Source: Alphaproteobacteria bacterium
GTDB lineage: Bacteria; Pseudomonadota; Alphaproteobacteria; Rickettsiales; SXRF01
Direction of reading: 5' to 3'
DNA: 52,487 nucleotides
Assembly: GCA_013288305.1 (NCBI GenBank)
Contig: JABDCD010000004.1
Coordinates: 1 to 52,487 of the forward strand
In this document: positions 48,975 to 52,487 of the stretch, one piece after another
Layout of the letters: every line of letters begins with the position of its first letter
Numbering within the stretch: position 1 is the stretch's first letter
Position numbers and translations under genes: made by a program
Notes under the pieces: generated by a model
The model's input: only the letters and a program-made list of their open reading frames with translations
What the model was told of the DNA's origin: nothing
Database searches by the model: none

Positions 48975-49751
48975 GGTTGCATCCTTTGCCGGCAACCGCG
49001 AAAACAGTGGGTCGGTGAGCCACACCGGCAGGCAGGAGAAGAATCGCATCGGATAATAGAGCATCCACGGGAAGGCGATGCGCGCTTTGTTTTTGGCGAG
49101 TCCGCGCGCGATAATGCGTGCCGCTTTTTCAGCGCTCATCATGAACGGCATCGGGAAGGTGTTGATGGCCGTCATGGCGGTCGCGACATAGCCCGGGCAG
49201 ATGACCGACACCTCGACGCCCTGCGCCGCCAACCAGCCGCGCAAACCTTCGCCGTAAGCGCGTACGCAGCTTTTGCTGGCGCTGTAGGCCGGGCAGCTGG
49301 GCAGGCCGCGCAGTCCGGCCAGCGAACTCATGATGGCGATCTGTCCGGATTTTCGCGCTATCATGGCGGAAAGCAGCGGCGTTACCGTATTGACCACGCC
49401 GCCGATATTGGCGGCGAAAATCTCGCGCACCTGTTTGCCGTTTTCGCCGTGGATGCCGGTGCCCGCCGATATGCCCGCATTGGCGATAATCAGATCTATG
49501 GGCGTATTCGCATCGATAGAGGAAAGCCATTGATTCATGCCTGCCTCATGGGTGACGTCGAGAATGCGGCTATGGACGATGGCCCCGCGGGCGCGGCATT
49601 TTTCGGCAATCTGTTCAAGGCGTTGCGCGTTGCGGCCCTGCAAATGCAGCGTGATGCCGGGGGTGGCGTAATGCCCGGCCAGCCCTGCCCCGATGCCGCT
49701 GCTGGCGCCGGTGATGACAATATTTTTTGGCCCGGAACGGGACATTTTCAT
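48963..49751 (-). CDS. Short-chain dehydrogenase/reductase (SDR) family oxidoreductase
   Basis: Cofactor motif ITGASSGIGAG, NAG (IIANAGI) and the catalytic S...YSASK. Confidence 0.85.
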   Translation of the reverse strand: MKMSRSGPKNIVITGASSGIGAGLAGHYATPGITLHLQGRNAQRLEQIAEKCRARGAIVHSRILDVTHEAGMNQWLSSIDANTPIDLIIANAGISAGTGIHGENGKQVREIFAANIGGVVNTVTPLLSAMIARKSGQIAIMSSLAGLRGLPSCPAYSASKSCVRAYGEGLRGWLAAQGVEVSVICPGYVATAMTAINTFPMPFMMSAEKAARIIARGLAKNKARIAFPWMLYYPMRFFSCLPVWLTDPLFSRLPAKDATSGQ

Positions 49752-49846
49752 AAAAAAGTAACCATATTTGTTGTATATTATACTAAACTAGCTTAGCAGA
49801 ACAAAAAAATAAATCTTTGGCAAAAAATAGTCTTTGGCAGGAAATC

Positions 49847-50392
49847 ATGACAGGTAAAAAATCGGTATGCGTCTTTTGCGGCGCATCCAATAATATTCCC
49901 AAAAAATTCCTCGATATCGGCGCCGCCTTCGGCCAAATCCTCGCACAAAAAAACATCACGCTGGTCTATGGCGGCGGCGATTGCGGCGTCATGGGCGCGG
50001 TGGCCAATTCCACCATGAAGCACGGCGGGCACGTCACCGGCGTCTTCCCGGTGTCATTGCGCAACATCGAAAACGAGCACCAGTCGCTTTCCGAAATCAT
50101 CATCGTCGATACCATGCACGAACGCAAGATGGGCATGTTCGAGCGCTCGGACGCCTTTATCGTCTTCCCCGGCGGCTTCGGCACTATGGATGAGATGTTC
50201 GAGATATTGACGTGGAAGCAGCTCAAGCTGCATCACAAGCCGGTGGTGATTTTCAATTACGAGCATTACTGGGATCCGTTGATCAACCTGATGGGCAACA
50301 TCGTCGATACCGGCTTCGCCCAGCCGGAAACCGCGGGTTATTATGCCGTCGTCGATCGCGTCGAGGCGATTTTAGAGGTGCTGAACTTTTAA
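49847..50392 (+). CDS. LOG family / TIGR00730 Rossmann-fold nucleotide phosphoribohydrolase
   Basis: VCVFCGAS, LVYGGGDCGVMG and the signature PGGFGTMDEMFE. The start is ATG 49847. Confidence 0.85.
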   Translation: MTGKKSVCVFCGASNNIPKKFLDIGAAFGQILAQKNITLVYGGGDCGVMGAVANSTMKHGGHVTGVFPVSLRNIENEHQSLSEIIIVDTMHERKMGMFERSDAFIVFPGGFGTMDEMFEILTWKQLKLHHKPVVIFNYEHYWDPLINLMGNIVDTGFAQPETAGYYAVVDRVEAILEVLNF

Positions 50393-50430
50393 CTGTTCCC
50401 CCTTACGCGGAAATCCATTATGGTGCCGGC

Positions 50431-52197
50431 ATGGAATCCGCGCTTGCCATTTCCGCTCCCGTATCGACTTCGCTGACCGGCCGCCAGTGGGTGTTCCGTA
50501 ACGCCGACGAGCGGCAGGTGGCGGCGCTGGCGCAGAAACATGAGTTACCGGATGTCGTGGCGCGTATCCTGGCCGGGCGCGGCGTGGCGCTGGAAGAGGC
50601 GGAACAGTTTTTACATCCCAGCCTTAAAAATTCGCTACCCGATCCGTCGCACCTACTCGATATGGATGCGGCGGCGGAGCGTGTGGCGGGGGCGATCGTG
50701 AGCGGCGAGCGCATCGCCATTTTCGGCGATTACGATGTCGACGGCGCAACATCCTCGGCGCTATTGGCGCGCTATTTCCGTAGTGTAGGTGCCGATCCGA
50801 TCCTCTATATTCCCGACCGCATGACGGAGGGTTACGGTCCCAACGCCGCGGCCCTGCTTGCATTGCAGAAGCGCGGCGCGACATTGGTCATCACGGTGGA
50901 TTGCGGCACGATGGCGTTTGAGCCGCTGGCGGCGGCACATGAGGCCGGGCTCGACGTCATCGTCATCGACCATCATATCGGCGAGGCGCGGCTGCCCAAA
51001 GCATACGGCGTCGTCAATCCCAACCGCCTCGACGAAACCTCACCGCACCGGCAACTGGCGGCGGTGGGCCTGGCATTTTTACTGGTGATCGCCGTCAATC
51101 GCAAGCTGCGCGAGAGGGGCTTCTTCGCTGATAAAGCCGAGCCCGACCTCAAGCAATGGCTGGATATCGTGGCGCTGGGGACGGTGTGCGACGTCGTGCC
51201 GCTCACCGGCGTCAACCGCGCGCTGGTGGCGCAGGGGCTGAAAGTGATGGTGGCGCGGGGAAATTGCGGCATCCGTACCGTGCTCGATATGGCGAGCGTT
51301 ACCGAAAAGCCGGGCGTGTATGCGTGCGGGTTTATCATCGGCCCGCGCATCAATGCCGGCGGGCGTGTGGGGAAATCCGACCTCGGCGTGCGGCTTTTAA
51401 CGACGGAAGATGAGGCGGAGGCGCTGTCGCTGGCGCGCGAGCTTGAGCAGCATAACACCGAGCGCAAAGCCATCGAGGTGATGGTGCTGGAGGAGGCGAC
51501 GGCGCTGGCGGAAGCGGCTGATGCGGCTGCGCCTTGCCTCATCATCGCGGGCAAAGGCTGGCACCAGGGCGTCATCGGCATCGTCGCCGGGAGGTTGAAA
51601 GAACGCTTCCATAAGCCGGTGGCGGTGATCGCTGTGGCGGACGGCATCGGCAAGGCGTCGACTCGTTCCGTATCCGGAATCGATGTGGGCGCGGCGGTGA
51701 TTGCGGCGCGCGAAGCCGGGCTGCTGCTGGCCGGAGGCGGCCATGCCATGGCGGCGGGATTTACGGTGGAAGAGGGGAAAATTCCGGCGCTGGAGCAATT
51801 TTTGCTGCAGCGGTTTCATTCCGCTACCGAAACAAACGGAGCGAGGCGATTGATGCTCGACGGTGCGGCAAGCCTCGGCGGGGCGACGGCGGAACTGGCC
51901 GCCCAACTCGAGCGGCTGGGGCCGTTCGGGCAGGGCAATCCGCAGGTGCGGCTGGCTATCCGGAACGCTGTGAATCTAAAGCCGGAATGGGTGAAAGAAC
52001 AACACGTCAAGACGCTGCTCATCTGCCGCCTCAGCAATGCGCGGCTCTCAGCCATCGCTTTCCGCGTGGCGGGCACCAAGCTGGGCGACGCGCTGATGGC
52101 CACGCGCGGCAAGGAAATCAACGTTGCCGGCCAGCTACGGCTTCAGGAATGGAACGGCAAGCAACAGGTGAGTTTGCAGATTGAGGATGTGGGTTAG
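50431..52197 (+). CDS. recJ: Single-stranded-DNA-specific exonuclease RecJ
   Basis: DHH motifs (IAIFGDYDVDGATSSALL; ITVDCG; VIDHH), the DHHA1 motif GGGHAMAAGFTV and a C-terminal OB-like region. The start is ATG 50431; the upstream part of the ORF overlaps the LOG gene. Confidence 0.95.
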   Translation: MESALAISAPVSTSLTGRQWVFRNADERQVAALAQKHELPDVVARILAGRGVALEEAEQFLHPSLKNSLPDPSHLLDMDAAAERVAGAIVSGERIAIFGDYDVDGATSSALLARYFRSVGADPILYIPDRMTEGYGPNAAALLALQKRGATLVITVDCGTMAFEPLAAAHEAGLDVIVIDHHIGEARLPKAYGVVNPNRLDETSPHRQLAAVGLAFLLVIAVNRKLRERGFFADKAEPDLKQWLDIVALGTVCDVVPLTGVNRALVAQGLKVMVARGNCGIRTVLDMASVTEKPGVYACGFIIGPRINAGGRVGKSDLGVRLLTTEDEAEALSLARELEQHNTERKAIEVMVLEEATALAEAADAAAPCLIIAGKGWHQGVIGIVAGRLKERFHKPVAVIAVADGIGKASTRSVSGIDVGAAVIAAREAGLLLAGGGHAMAAGFTVEEGKIPALEQFLLQRFHSATETNGARRLMLDGAASLGGATAELAAQLERLGPFGQGNPQVRLAIRNAVNLKPEWVKEQHVKTLLICRLSNARLSAIAFRVAGTKLGDALMATRGKEINVAGQLRLQEWNGKQQVSLQIEDVG

Positions 52198-52469
52198 CGA
52201 GTAGTTGTTGCTGGCTTCCTGGTCCGGTGTTGCATTTCGTGTAATATATCGCCAGCGGCTTGATGTGTTGGAAGGCGATTTGCTTTAGTTAAGTCTTCAA
52301 CCAAGGCAGTATGTGTGCCGGTCAAGCTCGTCCTTCCTTTGGGTTTAATAAAAACGTCTCCTCGCGGTTCGTGAGGTTTATTGGCCGCGAAGCCTTCATC
52401 TGATTCCACAACAGTAAAGCGAGTATCTCTGGTAAGGCGATCTATTAGCTTCGCCGCCTTTTCATGCAT
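52194..52469 (-). CDS. Hypothetical small protein
   Basis: 91-aa ORF with GAGGGAA ~8 nt upstream of the ATG. It lies in a visibly more AT-rich stretch at the window edge. No family recognised. Confidence 0.35.
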   Translation of the reverse strand: MHEKAAKLIDRLTRDTRFTVVESDEGFAANKPHEPRGDVFIKPKGRTSLTGTHTALVEDLTKANRLPTHQAAGDILHEMQHRTRKPATTTR

Positions 52470-52487
52470 CGTGGTAATTCCCTCTGA

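Noticed and set aside
52198-52487. AT-richer window edge as a possible start of a mobile element or genomic island
   Set aside because: Only ~290 bp are visible, containing one unassignable 91-aa ORF. There is no integrase, tRNA or direct repeat to support such a call.
1-52487. Searched by eye for tRNA/rRNA genes, CRISPR arrays, IS elements/transposases, integrases, and toxin-antitoxin or known defence-system genes
   Set aside because: None was recognised. All intergenic gaps over 100 bp were inspected and contain promoters, hairpins or REP-like repeats rather than RNA genes. A covariance-model scan (tRNAscan/Infernal) would be needed for certainty.

Overview
This is a 52.5-kb, GC-rich, densely coding chromosomal segment. 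Several features suggest an alphaproteobacterium: fliX divergent from flgI, a Usg-family gene, a CheL-type rod-binding protein lacking a muramidase domain, a Cys-less L31, and maiA.

Layout:
- Left flank (1-7.7 kb): a PagL-like outer-membrane protein, a proline-rich/TPR protein followed by pilT and pilU, then pyrD and usg.
- Centre (7.9-34.4 kb): middle and late flagellar genes, all on the minus strand. They are fliK-flgD-flgE, fliC-flaG, fliD-fliS, fliW and flgI-(rod-binding flgJ-N)-flgN-flgK-flgL. Divergent fliX sits at the right edge.
- Right flank (34.5-52.5 kb): mreC-mreD-mrdA, rpmE, an ABC/FtsX/DUF3299 transporter, a thioredoxin-NHL protein, a homogentisate operon (hmgA-FAH-maiA), a divergent astB/AstE-like pair, an SDR, a LOG-family gene and recJ.

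I can read three near-consensus sigma54 promoters, upstream of flgI, fliK and fliD.

The most unusual region is a ~9-kb accessory island between fliC and fliW (18.3-27.5 kb). It encodes:
- a FliB-like flagellin lysine methylase;
- two tandem TPR + GT9-like glycosyltransferases with FlmG-like architecture;
- a GT-A (GT8-like) transferase;
- two paralogous GSCFA-family (SGNH-like, uncharacterised) proteins, one fused to a class I SAM methyltransferase;
- an oppositely oriented 2OG-Fe(II) oxygenase.

I read this island as a composite flagellin-modification system whose combination of parts I do not recognise as described.

Other notable points:
- FlgE (936 aa) and FlgK (909 aa) are oversized and share an inserted ~60-aa domain.
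- fliW has no adjacent csrA, in a FliX/sigma54-type locus.
- There are several families of intergenic or intercistronic palindromic repeats: a TAGGG/CCCTA type with G-quadruplex potential, an ACGTGG type, and an ATCCTGTG...CACAGGAT type with GCGAAGC cores.

I saw no rRNA, tRNA, CRISPR array, transposase or integrase. All functional calls come from motif and family recognition by eye. No database search was run.
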